Positions 51,721 through 64,000 of a stretch of 64,000 bases of DNA are shown piece by piece. Under the pieces are notes generated by a model. It saw nothing but the letters and a program-made list of their open reading frames with translations. It was not told the origin of the DNA and did not search any database. The position numbers were made by a program, and so were the translations under genes. Within the stretch, counting starts at the first letter, position 1, and the number at the start of each line of letters is the position of its first letter. Source of the stretch: Eledone cirrhosa (taxonomy: Eukaryota); the NCBI GenBank assembly GCA_964016885.1, contig OZ024747.1:40734001-40798000 (forward strand), read 5' to 3'.

Positions 51721-53624
51721 GACGAGTTCATTCGCAGAGAAGGGCATGGTTCACTTGTTTCGGTTGCTGTTGATAAATTTAGCAGTCACCACATCAAACG
51801 CGACAAAGATAACAACAACAATAACAGTAACAATAACAGCAACAGTGAGAACAACAGCAATGGCAGCAAAACAACAACAGCTCCAAAAAACAACACCATA
51901 TTCACAAGCGTCGAGAAATGTTTCTCTGTTTTGAGCTGCAGCAGCGACGACAAAACTAGCATCACTACTGCCACCGCCAACAGCAACAACAACAATATTG
52001 TCACTGAGAACAGCAACAGAACCCACACCGACGGGAATCCTTCAAAAACAAGCAGATATAGCATCGTAACAAGAACAGCGACAAACAGGAAGATGGATTC
52101 AGGTACCTTCACAGAAGCTAAAAGAGTGGCACAGAGAAACGTGAAAATCACTCCGCTGCCTTTCTTTAACCGAAAGAACAAGCAGTTTTTATATGCATGG
52201 TGGCCATGCCCAATCCCTCATTAACATTTTCAAGTTTCACTTAACCATTTAACATTTAAACCAGCCGTATCTGGGCCACAACTGTCTCATTTCTTTCTGC
52301 TCAAACCGGCTGTAAGCGGCAACTCGTACTGTTGTTAAGGTATTGTTCTCAAAATAAATATAAAAATCTCAGAGATTCGAGATTATGTGAGATAAGTATG
52401 TGAGATGAAGCCTTTACAACGAAAATATAATAGTAAATATAGAATAATGTAAATGGTAAAAGGTTAAGGAGGATAATCACGATGTAGAAGGAAGTGTTGC
52501 CTTCCAGCCTTTTGTTGAAAGTGGATGAGACGGGCGAGCATTGTACGAGTGAACAAGTCCGCCTTGAGTATATGTCTGTAAATCGGAACGGAAAAATTAA
52601 GAGAAGGCACAGATGGAAATTCCTATATTTTAAAATTTGTTGGCAATCACCAAGAGAAGCACAACTGCTTCCCTTTGGAAGACGATTAGAAAAAGAGAGA
52701 AGGTGAGAAATCAGCAGAGACGAAACGATATGGTATGGTGCAGAGAGGGACAGAGAGAGGGGGAGAGGGAGGGAGGGAGAGAGAGAGATAAAGAGAAAGA
52801 GAAGCATCGCTATCGTCTCACTCGAGGCTAATGACAGCAATGAAACTATGGCAAGTTGACAAAAATACAAGCGAAAGTATCTTAGTAATAAAAAAAATAT
52901 TAATAGCCCAATTTACTCTAACAGCTGCATAAACATCAACAGCAGCAACAACATCAGAAGCAGCAATAACATCCGCAGCATCCCAAGCAACAGTAACAAC
53001 AATGAAACGCAATACTACACGTCTAATGACAAACTACACCATCTAACATCATAAATTTTGATTTTACAAAAAGGATTTTCCATCTTCGTCGAAGAGAACT
53101 GACTACAATAGCAACAGCAGCAGCACCAATAACGACGATGGCGGCGGCGGTGGTGGCGGCGACGACGACGACGACGACGACGAAAGCAATGAAAGCGAGA
53201 ACGAGAATGTGAAGAGAAAAGTAATGACATCACCAGCAGGCAAGCCATTTCTCACAGCAATCTGTCGATCAAACAACTAAACAAGAAGAGATACATTAAA
53301 TAACTTCCTGTTCGTGTCTCTGCTGAGTTTAAGATTTTCCTCAAGATTTTGTTAATAAAGGTTGGCGCTTGTCACTGATGATGTGTTCTGGGATTAGCAA
53401 ATGCGAACGACTCTCAAAAATGTCAATTTATGTCAATTTCCTTTGCATGCGATACACCAGAGATAGCTTCCTTGGAGTACTGATCTAATTGAATTACTCG
53501 ATAGCTTTAGACGGTTTTGACAATCACTACATACGGGATGTTCTCGAAGCAGTTCCAATACTACAAAGTTTAAGACAACCAATAGGGTTTGGGAATGAAT
53601 GTACTCACTCAAACATAGTAATAA

Positions 53625-53841
53625 TAATGGTTTTTGATCTAGGCACAAGGCCAGCAATTTGAAGGAGAGTGGAAAATCGATTAAATCGACTCCAGTGCAT
53701 TACTGGTAGTTTATTTTATCGACCCCGTATGGATGAAAAGCAAAGTTAACCTCGGCAGAATTTGAACTCAGAACGTAAAGGGCCGTAATTCTATGCCAGG
53801 AATCATGGTGTCCGACGCTCTACCGATTCTGCCAATCCACC
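53625..53841 (-). mobile_element. tRNA-derived SINE
   Basis: Reverse complement of the main SINE family. Confidence 0.85.
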
Positions 53842-54163
53842 AATGTTTTCTTTATTGACCACATAAAAATAAATTAAAGACATCACAGGAAGGTACAATG
53901 TGGGTTTATGCGTGTAAAAATTAGTATAAAACAAAAACAAAGGATGTAACAAAAAATTAGAAACAATAGAAAATTCCCCAATAGGGGGAAAACTTCCGAG
54001 GGTTACTCGCTGTAGCGGCCCAAACCTTCGACCTGGAAAACAAATATTTGGTATGTTAGCTTATTATAACCATATCAAGTATGTATTGGAGTGACAGCTA
54101 TGTAGGCCAATTAAAAGTGCATGAAAAGAAAGTCTCAAAACTTCTTGAGTGTACCTCATATAT

Positions 54164-54761
54164 ATATCTTTCCATTGGAAATTCTCTGAATTTCCAATCT
54201 TTTTAATAGCGAAACCGTCGGTCATGGCACTAGAAGAGGTAAATATTTAAATCGTATTTTAATTTATTTAAAAGATTGTTTAATGTTTACTTGTTCCGCT
54301 CATATTTACAGTTCCGGTATTTCAAATTAGTACCATGGAACAACCACTATTATAGACACCATATATATTTTCGTGGGTACTTAATACCTACTAGAATATC
54401 TATATCATTTATCTGAATTCTCCTTAATCTTGAGAAAAAATGTTGTATCATGCTGCTATTTCTAGTAACATGAAATATCAACTAGTCTATTATTCCCGCT
54501 CTGTCTAACGGCCCATTAGTGAGGTGGTCATTTTAACGGCTTGATTCATTCACCGGACAAAAAGCGACATCTACGTGGATTTATATCTAGTAGGTTTAGA
54601 AAAGCTATCTGAAGAGCTATATCTTTACATTGGAAATTCTCTGAATTTCCAATCTTTTGAATAGCGAAACCGTCGGTCATGGCACTAGAAGAGGTAAATA
54701 TTTAGATCGTATTTTAATTTATTTAAAAGATTGTTTAATGTTTACTTGTTCCGTTCATATA
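54164..54761 (+). repeat. About 145-bp direct repeat pair (54164-54307 and 54618-54761)
   Basis: cattggaaattctctgaatttccaatc..gtttacttgttccg occurs twice with few mismatches. Confidence 0.9.
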
Positions 54762-54969
54762 TATAAGTATAAATTCTTTTCCTGGGTCCTGTATTTTCGT
54801 TGCACTAGTGATGCGGCTGGACTGCCGACCGCTATATCTGATTTGCTAAGCTGTCTGAACGTAATGTTATTACTCTGGGGTCTTTCCTCATCTGAGTGCT
54901 CAAGCTACAGACCGATTATGCGTTCGTTAGCTTGGCCGTGTTCTAAAGCTTCGTCAGTGCTGTACTAAA

Positions 54970-55062
<93 letters not shown>

Positions 55063-55069
55063 GCTTCTT

Positions 55070-55197
55070 AACAGTTAGTTCACCATACCGAGAACGAAGG
55101 TTTCACCTTATGCGGATCTTCAGCTCAGTCTGATTCAGACCAAGCTGAAGATCCGCATAAGGTGAAACATTTGTTCTCAGTGTAGTGAACTAACTGT
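55070..55197. repeat. Palindrome made of two divergent hammerhead motifs (55090-55126 minus, 55142-55178 plus)
   Basis: gCTGAAGAtccgcataaggtGAAAc..GTTctc on both strands around the centre gtctgattcagac. Confidence 0.8.
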
Positions 55198-55401
55198 TGT
55201 GGAACTACTTCTACCAAACTCGTCCCATTGACTGAGTGCTCTACCACTACGGATATAACCCTCCAGTGTTCTACTATTATATATATATATATATCCGAAA
55301 TAACTGACTGAATACACTCGGGCTTTTTCTTAAAACTGTTTCTCATTCCTTCCTCTTCTAACTCTCTATCCTTCTATTTAATCTTTTATTTCTCATTTTA
55401 T

Positions 55402-55433
55402 CTTCTGATGCAGGGCTAATCCGAAACGTAAAG
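55402..55433 (+). ncRNA. Degenerate minimal hammerhead (12791 family)
   Basis: ctt-CTGATGC-agggctaatcc-GAAA-cg-TA-aag. Flanks match 12770-12840. Confidence 0.55.
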
Positions 55434-55469
55434 ACTCTCTTCCTACAATTTCTTCACACACACACACAT

Positions 55470-55501
<32 letters not shown>

Positions 55502-55637
55502 TACGAAGGAAATGTGGTAAGGAACCAGGTGGACCATAACGCACCAAAGTACTCAATACTTAGGGTAGTAGAGTGGGTAATAGGAACCAGTAAGACCCCG
55601 ACGGCTGAGCTCAAGCCGTTTCGACGGCTAATTCTCA

Positions 55638-55742
<105 letters not shown>

Positions 55743-55790
55743 TATTATATATAATATATAAGATTAAAAGATGGTTAAAAGAGTTACATA

Positions 55791-55861
55791 TATTTTATTA
55801 TGCGCATTTCAAAAACAAATATCATCATGCAATAACATTTGTGTTTTCATCAGATAAAATA
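55791..55861 (-). ncRNA. Type I hammerhead ribozyme (ATTTTAT family)
   Basis: Reverse complement tattttat-CTGATGA-aaacacaaatgttatt-gcat-gatgatatttgttttt-GAAA-tgcgca-TA-ataaaata. Confidence 0.8.
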
Positions 55862-56203
55862 GGAAGACATGATATGAAGGCTAAAAAACATTTGTGGATA
55901 GTGCAGTTTTAAATCAAATCAGAGATGATATATATATTATATATATATATCCTCTCTGATTTGGAATCCCGCCGAGGTCAACTTTGCCTTTCATACATTC
56001 GAGGTCGATAACAAAAAAGTACCAGTCTAGTACTGGCGTCGATTCTTCCTCTATATCTCCTTCTCATTTCCTTTCTCTCATTTTCTATCTTTCTCTGGAC
56101 TCAGGCCTGGAGAAGGATTGGCTCCACCAGGCTTAAAATGGCCGAGAGACGCCGTGTGTCAATAAGGCGCCTCTACGACTCTATCAGTAGTTACGAGACC
56201 ATG

Positions 56204-56247
<44 letters not shown>

Positions 56248-56833
56248 TGTATCCCAGTACATGTATCGCAGTACAAGCTGTCCCATGGTCGGGTCGTTGG
56301 CGACTAAACTGGCAACCCCACCAAGGTTTCTTGGTGAGGGGTGACTTTGGACATCCTGCAGGACTAAAAACAAAACCTGTCAAAGGGCAAAGGAGCTCTT
56401 AAGAGTCAATGGCCATCCAAAATCACCGGGAGAGATGACCCCTTAGCCTTTGTCAAGGAAGAATTCTAGGAGAAGGAAAACTCTGATATAACACCTGCAA
56501 CCCTGATGGTATCCAATGATGTTGACTTGTTCTTCTTTTTGGTAAATATCATCTTGGTTAAGAGAGTGGGACTGGCTTTGTGCAGTGCCTTTGCTCACTA
56601 TAAAAGCTTCACGGCACAGGCATTGCTTTATATCTGAAGATCTCTCTGAACTTGTCGTCACATGGTATCATGGGCCCAGCACTATGTGTCAATAATTGTC
56701 ACAAGTGTAGTGTTTGTACCAGAGTTTTCAAGTCGCTGACTGGACTAAAAAGTCACACTCATTCAACGTATCGGTAGGGTTCTCCTACATGGATATAAAG
56801 TAGTGGCCGTACTCGTAAACGAGTTGGCAGCCA

Positions 56834-56901
<68 letters not shown>

Positions 56902-56961
56902 TATACATATATAATAACAAAAGAAACAATACAGTAGAATGAAGAATTTGTGGAAGGGAGT

Positions 56962-57004
56962 CTTTACGTTTCGGTGTTTTATGCATACCGTGTTTCTTTA
57001 GAAA
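56962..57004 (-). ncRNA. Degenerate hammerhead (12791/55402 family)
   Basis: Reverse complement ttt-CTAAAGA-aacacggt..acc-GAAA-cg-TA-aagactc. Confidence 0.4.
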
Positions 57005-57111
57005 TAGGAAATTTATATATATATATAACAACTAGAAATTGATTAACATATAAATAAACATGAATAATCACAGGAGATAATTTTTACAACTGTGTAAGCA
57101 CACACAGCTAG

Positions 57112-57657
57112 GTAGGTAGCTAAATAAAGTTAACTAGAACTTCGAAAATAGATACCTTATAATATGATTAATCTTCCCTGTATATATTCCATTAAGGAAT
57201 ATATTTAACCAATTAATCGAATGCCGGTACTTGGATTTTCAACAAGGAAGAAGTCCAGTGGTCTATGTTTACGCATTAAGTTCAAATCAGCGACTGGCCA
57301 GTAACACGTGCTGTATCTACTAGAAATACACACATCATACCAGCTTCGCCCAGTGGCGTGAATAGGGTTATCGACAACTAGAAACAGCAGTCAAGTCCTT
57401 TCAACAGAGTTAGCTCTACAATTAAGGAGCCGTATTTATATATCTATATCCAAAATTAAGATAAATCAAAATGAATTTAATCTAAATCAAAATTGTGGGT
57501 GTCATGCCAGAAAGGCATGCGCCATATCACCCGCAAAATCACCGGCATTCGATTAATTGGTGAAATATATTCCTTAATGGAATATATACAGGGAAGATTA
57601 ATCATATTATAAGGTATCTATTTTTGAAGTTCTAGTTAACTTTATTTAGTTACCTAC
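57112..57657. repeat. About 117-bp inverted repeat pair (57112-57229 and 57541-57657)
   Basis: Near-perfect reverse complement arms around an unrelated spacer. Confidence 0.88.
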
Positions 57658-57687
57658 GAATCGAATGTTATTATTAATATTCGAAAA

Positions 57688-57873
57688 GGGCGGTGAATTG
57701 GCAGTATCGGTAGAGGGTCGGACATGCTTTCCAGCATAGTTACGTCCCTTTACGATCTGAGTTCAAATCCAGCCGAGGTTAACTTTGCCTTTCATCCTTG
57801 CGGGGTCGATAAAATAAAGTACCAGTAATGTACTGAGTAATTACTGGCCTTGTGCCTAAAATAGAAACAATTA
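57688..57873 (+). mobile_element. tRNA-derived SINE with TSD (ttattaatattcgaaaa)
   Basis: Full SINE; the same sequence flanks both sides. Confidence 0.85.
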
Positions 57874-58807
57874 TTAATATTCGAAAAACTCAGATTACAT
57901 TTATTGTATTCAGCCATGTAGAGCGAAATTTTCTTATATATATATATACATGTATACATGCATACATACATAACATACATAACATACATAACATACATAA
58001 CATACATACATACATATCTATATGGGAACGTCAATTGTACCATATTTTATCGCCTCTTGAAGGATGAAATGTAAAGTTGACCTCGGCGGAATTTGAACTC
58101 CGACTAATGAGTCGAAGCATATACAGCAAAGGATTTTGTCTGCGTATCTAATGATTCCGGCCATAATTCTGGAAGGCGGAGACGGAGGTGGGTGATCAAA
58201 AGAATGATTAGCTTGATCAGGTTTTAAAGTCAGCGCAGTCTCGTGTGATTATTATTTTAAGATTTAGCAGCTATTGAATCGAAAAGTTCTTAATCGATTT
58301 ATTAGATCTTATAACAAATTAGATGTTCATCTAAATATATACATACGCCATATAATAATTAACATCTCTGTAAAAGTAAATCCTAATTATTTCCAGGTTA
58401 TGAGTGTTTTTGTAAATTACTATCTTCGGATTTATCTAGAAAGTAATTACTACTATTGAGCACTTACTATCCGTTGATGTATAAATACTCTTAAATTTCT
58501 GATTACATTGACTTTTTGACATGAATATTTGATAATGAAGTGCATTATTTAGTAGTTGTTGTCCTTTATTTATTTTGTTTTCTGTTCATGCCATTTGAAT
58601 ATAACGTCGTATCGCCTTGCTGATTTGTGATTAGTCACTACCCAGATAATAAAACTGGCCACGTTTCAATTATCTCATCTCTCTTTGTCCAAATTGCAAG
58701 ACAGGAAAGAACGGAGATAAGGTGGTGGAGAAGAAGTAAATAGATAGATAACTGGTTAGTTAAGTACTTAGTCAGACATAAAGGTGAGTAAACATAAAGA
58801 AAATCAA

Positions 58808-58869
<62 letters not shown>

Positions 58870-59984
58870 TGATCGATGGATAACTAGATGGATAGATAGA
58901 TAGACTGATTGATTGATTGATTGCTTGATTGAATGATTGATCGATCGATCGATAAATAGATAGATAGTTTCATATATATATATAGAGATAGAGAGGGAGA
59001 GAGAGAGGGGGGGATAACAAGAAAAAATAAAATATAGGCAAGCATAAATGAATAAAATGAAACGTAGAGAAATAAAATGAAACGTTGCCAAAGAAAGAAA
59101 GATATTAAAATAGAGGAGAAAAGACACAAAGTAAATGGAAAGAATTATATCTAACAATCTCCGAAGTAAAAGGTTTAGTTTGAACATTGTAAGATGGATT
59201 TTCTTTTGTTTGATTGATGATCTAGAGATATTGATACATCGATCGCGGATCATCTCTTAACCTCCACCATATCTATTTTGCGTTGCATTTTGATGGATTT
59301 TTAGTTTTCGCTTAATCTCGGATATTTAGTACCGGTCACACAAGCATTGGTCAACATATTAAAACGAGAACAAGGCGATAAACACGTTTGCCTCGAACAA
59401 CATGATAACAGATGTCGACTTGTTTGAACTAAGCATAATCGGTTATATACACGAAGAATACAGTTTACTGACTACAGAATTTCTTTTCACCACGTATGAC
59501 AAAACACAATGCAAATAACACGAACCATATCATTTTTGTTTTTGAAAGATTTCCTACATAAAAGTAACATTTGCTACTCGAGCAACAATAAAGATAAAAT
59601 AATGAAATAATAGCAAAGAAATGCAAAGCAAAATGGCAGCAATTTTAGGGCTATATTTCAAGTATTTCCAAGAAAAGATCGCATGACACATGCTGACATC
59701 AAATTTATTCTTCATCTACTTCTCCGCTTTCAGATACATTATCTTTCCATTTATCACTTATTGTAAATCAATACGAGAAAAATCTTACTGTTCTTATTTT
59801 TCTCATCTTTTCTATATTCATGCACTTCTATCAATCTATCTACCAACCAGTTTAGCTACCCAAACCCTTAGTAATGGTTGATGTATACACACTGTCCCCG
59901 TTGACACGTTAAGATGGCTCTCAGACACTGATGAAATCCCTACACAGTATATTCATGTTTTTCTTTTTACATTTATATGCATTT

Positions 59985-60730
59985 AATCTACAAATTAAAG
60001 ATAATATCCCTAAAAAATTGTTTACTATCCTAGAGAAAAACTTCCCGCCAAACCATAAATAAAATAAAATTTTAAATAGATCAACGGTTAAATTTTCCTA
60101 CTCCACTACCAAAAATATACAACAAAATATAAGTGTCTACAATGCATATAAATGTAAAAAAAAAAACATGAATATACCACCAACACATCAAACTAACCAT
60201 AATACTAAAATAAACCGCAGCAAACCACCATCTCCTTTATATACAAGTCGAGTAAATTCCATACCTAATTTGACTAACTCCCCTGATATAATATTCACGA
60301 ATTGTTGTAACTGTAGAAACAAAGCAAATTGCCCATTAAAAGGAAATTGCCTTATTAATAACATAGTATATAATGTAAAATTAGCACTAAGGACTCAACT
60401 TATTCATATATAGGAGCTACTTCTAACCAATTTAAAGTAAGATTTAATACCCACAAACACAATTTTAAAAATGCCGCATTAGCTAATACAACATCCTTGG
60501 CTGAAATAATTAATAATTATAGAAAAAAGAATATCGATTATAACCTGACCTAGAGTGTGCTCAAAAGGGCTACCCCTTATCAAAATAACAGATATGAGTG
60601 TAGATTATGTTTCCAGGAACTTTTTGAAATAATGAAATCTAAGGATATCCTATTAAATAAGCGACAAGAATTTATTATATCGTGCAATCATAGAATTAGA
60701 AGAACTTTCAAATATTATAAACCTAATTAA
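59985..60730 (+). mobile_element. 3' fragment of a Hydra-clade-like Penelope element
   Basis: EKNFPPNHK..VKFSYSTT, CNCRNKANCPLKGNCL, IVY, YIGATSNQFKVRFNTH, CRLCFQE. Confidence 0.8.
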
Positions 60731-61709
60731 TATACACTTTTATTTTACAAATTATTATAATTACGTTTTTTTTAATTTAGTTAACCTATAATTAGTATTT
60801 TACTACTGAGAACTTCATAATTTTATTTCCCTTTTACAGCTATCTTTTCATAAAATTAATACCTATAAGTATACATATAAACTATTTTAATTTCCTGTTA
60901 TGAATCTAAATTCCTTGTAGTCTATATAAGTTTGTTATTTCTCACTATACATTTATCCCAAAAAAATGTTTTTCCTTCGTTTTTAACAACACTCTTTAAT
61001 AACATCTAACTCTTATCTATCACATCTATATGAATTAATATAAATTTATCCCTATAAGTATACCTATCAATTAAATTAATTTAATTTCTTTTTATAGATC
61101 TAAATTCCTTATGTTTTAAATAAGATTGGTATTTCTCACTAACACATTTATCCTAAAATGTTATTCTCCTTCGATTTTAACATTAGCATTATTCTTTAAT
61201 AACATCAAATTTACGTGTACCTTTCACCGGCTTGACCTCTTTTCATCCCCAAAGTAATCTTTTCATTCAAAGTATTCTTTCCATTCAAAACTGAAATCTG
61301 CATTCCTCTACTCCTAAATTAAATTTCTACTACTACTATTCTATCAATTTGACCATTTACTACTTTTCTATTGGTCAATTCAAAACCTGTTCCCAAACAG
61401 ACCTATTATATTAAATCTTTGTTGATTTTTTTCAATAAACAAATATCATTATTTCTGAAGACAGCATATATATGTGTAGGTATGTATATTCCCTCTGATA
61501 GTTTATAAAATTTTTACATAGATCTATATGATATACATTGTCACACACACATATATATCCTAGAAACGATCGTAAAATGATGACTTTTTTAATATAAGGA
61601 ACTGTTTCTTTGTTTTTATTCATTGTTTTTATTAATTTATCTTGACTCTGTTTTCCTGTGATTTTCATCGAGACAATTTTTGAATACATCTTTTCTTTTC
61701 ATGATATTT

Positions 61710-61783
<74 letters not shown>

Positions 61784-61789
61784 ATTATT

Positions 61790-62813
61790 ATTAATATTAT
61801 TATTATTATTGTTATTACTCTTTGAGTCTCAGTCATTGATGTTAGTTAACTGGAAAGTTTGTTGAAATGAATATCAAGCCACTACCTGCAGCCTCAGATA
61901 TTCAAGACGTATCGGAGGGTTCTTGCTGTTCCCAGCAAGCATGCCTTTTGAAGCGTTCCAAAAAGCGTGAAGGGGCCAATTTTCTTTAACCATCCCTGGA
62001 AACTTTTTGAGATAGTCCCTAGTGCGCCTATGACAATCGGGATCACTTTGACTTCATGGCAGTTCCAAATCCTTTTTACCTCCCACTTTAAGTCCTGGTA
62101 TCGGTTAATTTTCTCCCTCTCCTTCTCTTGCACTCTCGTGTCGAATGGGCAGGCCACATCTACAATTAGGCACGATCTTTTTTCTTTGTCCACAACCACC
62201 AGGTTAAGTCTATTGTGTTCCAGTTTCTTGTCCGTCTGTATCCTAAAATCCCACAGCACCTTCACCTGATCGTTCTCCATCACCGCCTCTGGCTTATGCT
62301 CATACCACTTCTCAGAATGTGGTTAATTGTTTACTTTGCAGAGGTGCCAGTGGATCACCCTGCCCATCACATCATGTCTCCAGCCCTTATAGTGAGTCTG
62401 GGCTAGGTGTTTACACTCGGATACAATGTGAGCCACAGTCTCCTCTCTGTCTCCACAGATCCTGCACAGTGGGCTAGCCTCCTCCTTGTAAATATGGTGT
62501 TTCAACCACTTCGTTTTGAGGGCCTGCTCCTGCGCAGCCATTAACATTCCTTCTGTAGCCTTTTTATGGTCTCCTCTTTTCAACCAGTTCCATGTCTGTG
62601 GATCTCTAAATTCAGTTTTCTCAAAGAAGGTATTATGAAGGGATTTTCCCTTAAGGCTGCTCTTCCTCCTTGATGTTATTTCCTCCTTGGACATCCCCTG
62701 GCCTACTGTCCCCTCCTTCAGTACAGTTCTGAGCATTGGCTCCTTACTATAGGTCACGTATTTGTATAGGTTGTTTTTCTCCATCTGAACACAGTCCTCT
62801 ATGCTGATAAGAC

Positions 62814-62888
<75 letters not shown>

Positions 62889-64000
62889 GTTGTTATTACT
62901 CTTTGAGTCTCAGTCATTGATGTTAGTTAACTGGAAAGTTTGTTGAAATGAATATCAAGCCACTACCTTATTATTTATTATTATTATACATTATTGTTAT
63001 ACATTATTATTCCTTGAATCACAGTCATTGATGTTAGTTAACTGGAAAGTCCGTTGGAATGAATATCAAGCCACTACCTGCAGCCTCAGATATTCAGGAC
63101 GTATCTGAGGGTTCTTGCTGTTCCCAGCAAGCATGCCTTTTGAAGCGTTCCAAAAAGCGTGAAGGGGTCAATTTTCTTTAACCATCCCTGGAAACTTTTG
63201 GAGATAGTCCCCAGTGCGCCTATGACAATCGGGATCACTTTGACTTCATGGCCGTTCCAAATCCTTTTTACCTCCCACTTTAAGTCCTGGTATCGGTTAA
63301 TTTTCTCCCTCTCCTTCTCTTGCACTCTCGTGTCGAATGGGCAGGCCACATCCACAATCAGCCACGATCTTTTTTCTTTGTCCACAACCACCAGGTCAGG
63401 TCTATTGTGTTCCAGTTTCTTGTCCGTCTATATCCTAAAATCCCACAGCACCTTCACCTGATCGTTCTCCATCACCGCCTCTGGCTTATGCTCATACCAT
63501 TTCTCAGAATGTGGTAAATTGTTTACTTTGCAGAGGTGCCAGTGGATCACCCTGCCCATCACATCATGTCTCCAGCCCTTATAGTGGGTCTGGGCTAGGT
63601 GTTTACACTCGGATACAATGTGAGCCACAGTCTCCTTTCTCTCTCCACAGATCCTGCACAGTGGGCTAGCCTCCTCCTTGTAAATATGGTGTTTCAACCA
63701 CTTCGTTTTGAGGGCCTGCTTTTGCGCAGCCATTAACATTCCTTCTGTAGCCTTTTTAAGGTCTCCTCTTCTCAACCAGTTCTATGTCTGTGGATCTCTA
63801 AATTCAGTTTTCTCAAAGAAGGTACTATGAAGGGATTTTTCCTGAAGGCTGCTCTTTCTCCTTGATGTTATTTCCTCCTTGGACATCCCCTGGCCTATTG
63901 TCCCCTCCTTCAGTACAGTTCTGAGCATTGGCTCCTTACTATCAGTCACGTATTTGTGTAGGTTGTTTTTCTCCATCTGAACACAGTCCTCTATGCTGAT
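61790..64000 (-). mobile_element. Tandem array of R4/Dong-clade 3' fragments in (TAA)n
   Basis: Copy 1 at about 61790-62817, a 3'-UTR stub at about 62890-62968, copy 2 from about 63010 to the window end. CRICG..ETVAHIVSEC..RHD zinc knuckle and RPD..DVACP..EK..RY RLE; each copy ends in (TAA)n. Confidence 0.9.

Noticed and set aside
51750-53270. ORFs rich in Thr/Ala/Gln/Arg runs
   Set aside because: They derive from AAC/AGC/ACG trinucleotide low-complexity DNA and contain no domain motifs.

Overview
This is eukaryotic, AT-rich, microsatellite-dense DNA made almost entirely of nested transposable elements. The host is most likely an octopod cephalopod, inferred from the SINE families and repeat landscape. 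No host protein-coding gene could be supported. Retroelements: three CRE-clade RLE retrotransposon copies, one near full-length RTE, R4/Dong-clade elements (including a tandem array in (TAA)n), an L1/Tx1 fragment, many tRNA-derived SINEs, and at least six Penelope-like elements (two Naiad-like, three Hydra-like, one Neptune-like) with direct or inverted pseudo-LTRs. DNA transposons: six Helitron-type elements and a hAT remnant. The most striking signal is invisible in the ORF track: about 23 hammerhead-ribozyme (HHR) motifs found by eye, about 14 with an intact CUGANGA/GAAA/UH core. They fall into several families that show compensatory stem changes. Some lie in Penelope pseudo-LTRs, but many lie in short ORF-less fold-back elements that carry one ribozyme per strand (retrozyme-like). 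Coordinates were read by eye and element boundaries are approximate. Clade names come from motif recall, not database searches.
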